This document shows, piece by piece, positions 63,912-64,000 of a stretch of 64,000 nucleotides of DNA. Under the pieces are notes generated by a model. The model did not search any database, had not been told where the DNA came from, and was given only the letters and a program-made list of their open reading frames with translations. Position numbers and translations under genes: made by a program. Position 1 is the first letter of the stretch. The number at the start of each line of letters is the position of its first letter. The stretch is from Escherichia coli (GTDB taxonomy: Bacteria; Pseudomonadota; Gammaproteobacteria; Enterobacterales; Enterobacteriaceae). The DNA is taken from assembly GCF_041886205.1 (NCBI RefSeq), contig NZ_CP169029.1; one strand, given 5' to 3'.

Positions 63912-64000
63912 AGTTAAAAATCCGCGTCGTCTCCCCACGCGGTTGTACGCGTGGGGTAGGGGTTAACAAAAAGAATCCCGCTAGTGTAGGTTAGCTCTTT

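Overview
The window is an Escherichia coli-type chromosome segment in two parts. Positions ~1-44,520 are a mosaic genomic island integrated at tRNA-Phe (pheV, 44524-44599, minus strand). It has an intact P4-type integrase beside the tRNA and two decayed integrase remnants deeper in (27331-27487, 36222-36345), which suggests serial or tandem island acquisition. Island cargo, from the tRNA outward: (i) a 1171-aa SF1 helicase + PLD nuclease protein resembling single-gene Mokosh type II; (ii) an outer-membrane barrel protein and a phosphoethanolamine-transferase-family protein; (iii) a two-gene operon encoding a 1652-aa NERD / tandem kinase-like / SF1-helicase protein plus a 515-aa protein with no recognisable motifs, which is my best candidate for an undescribed defence system; (iv) a CBASS-like module (CD-NTase-like, small protein, AAA+ ATPase, DEDDh exonuclease, small membrane protein) arranged divergently from a WYL-domain regulator and a PNP/MTA-nucleosidase-family protein whose last 27 codons are displaced by an IS66-family insertion with an intact 8-bp target-site duplication; (v) an IS nest (two IS66-family elements, an IS256-family element, an IS481-like element carrying a nested IS21-family element, an IS2-like and an IS629-like remnant) and two group II introns, one with a frameshifted RT and one truncated; (vi) the 3' end of cdiA with cdiI and three orphan cdiA-CT/cdiI modules. 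Positions ~44,700-64,000 are conserved core genes (yqgA, speC, nupG, mltC, yggX, mutY, trmB, yggL, yggN, ansB, yggM, hemW, rdgB, yggU, yggT, yggS, yggR, ruvX, yqgE, gshB, rsmE) with REP clusters. No rRNA and no CRISPR array were seen. All family assignments are from reading motifs in the translations by eye; no database search was run.
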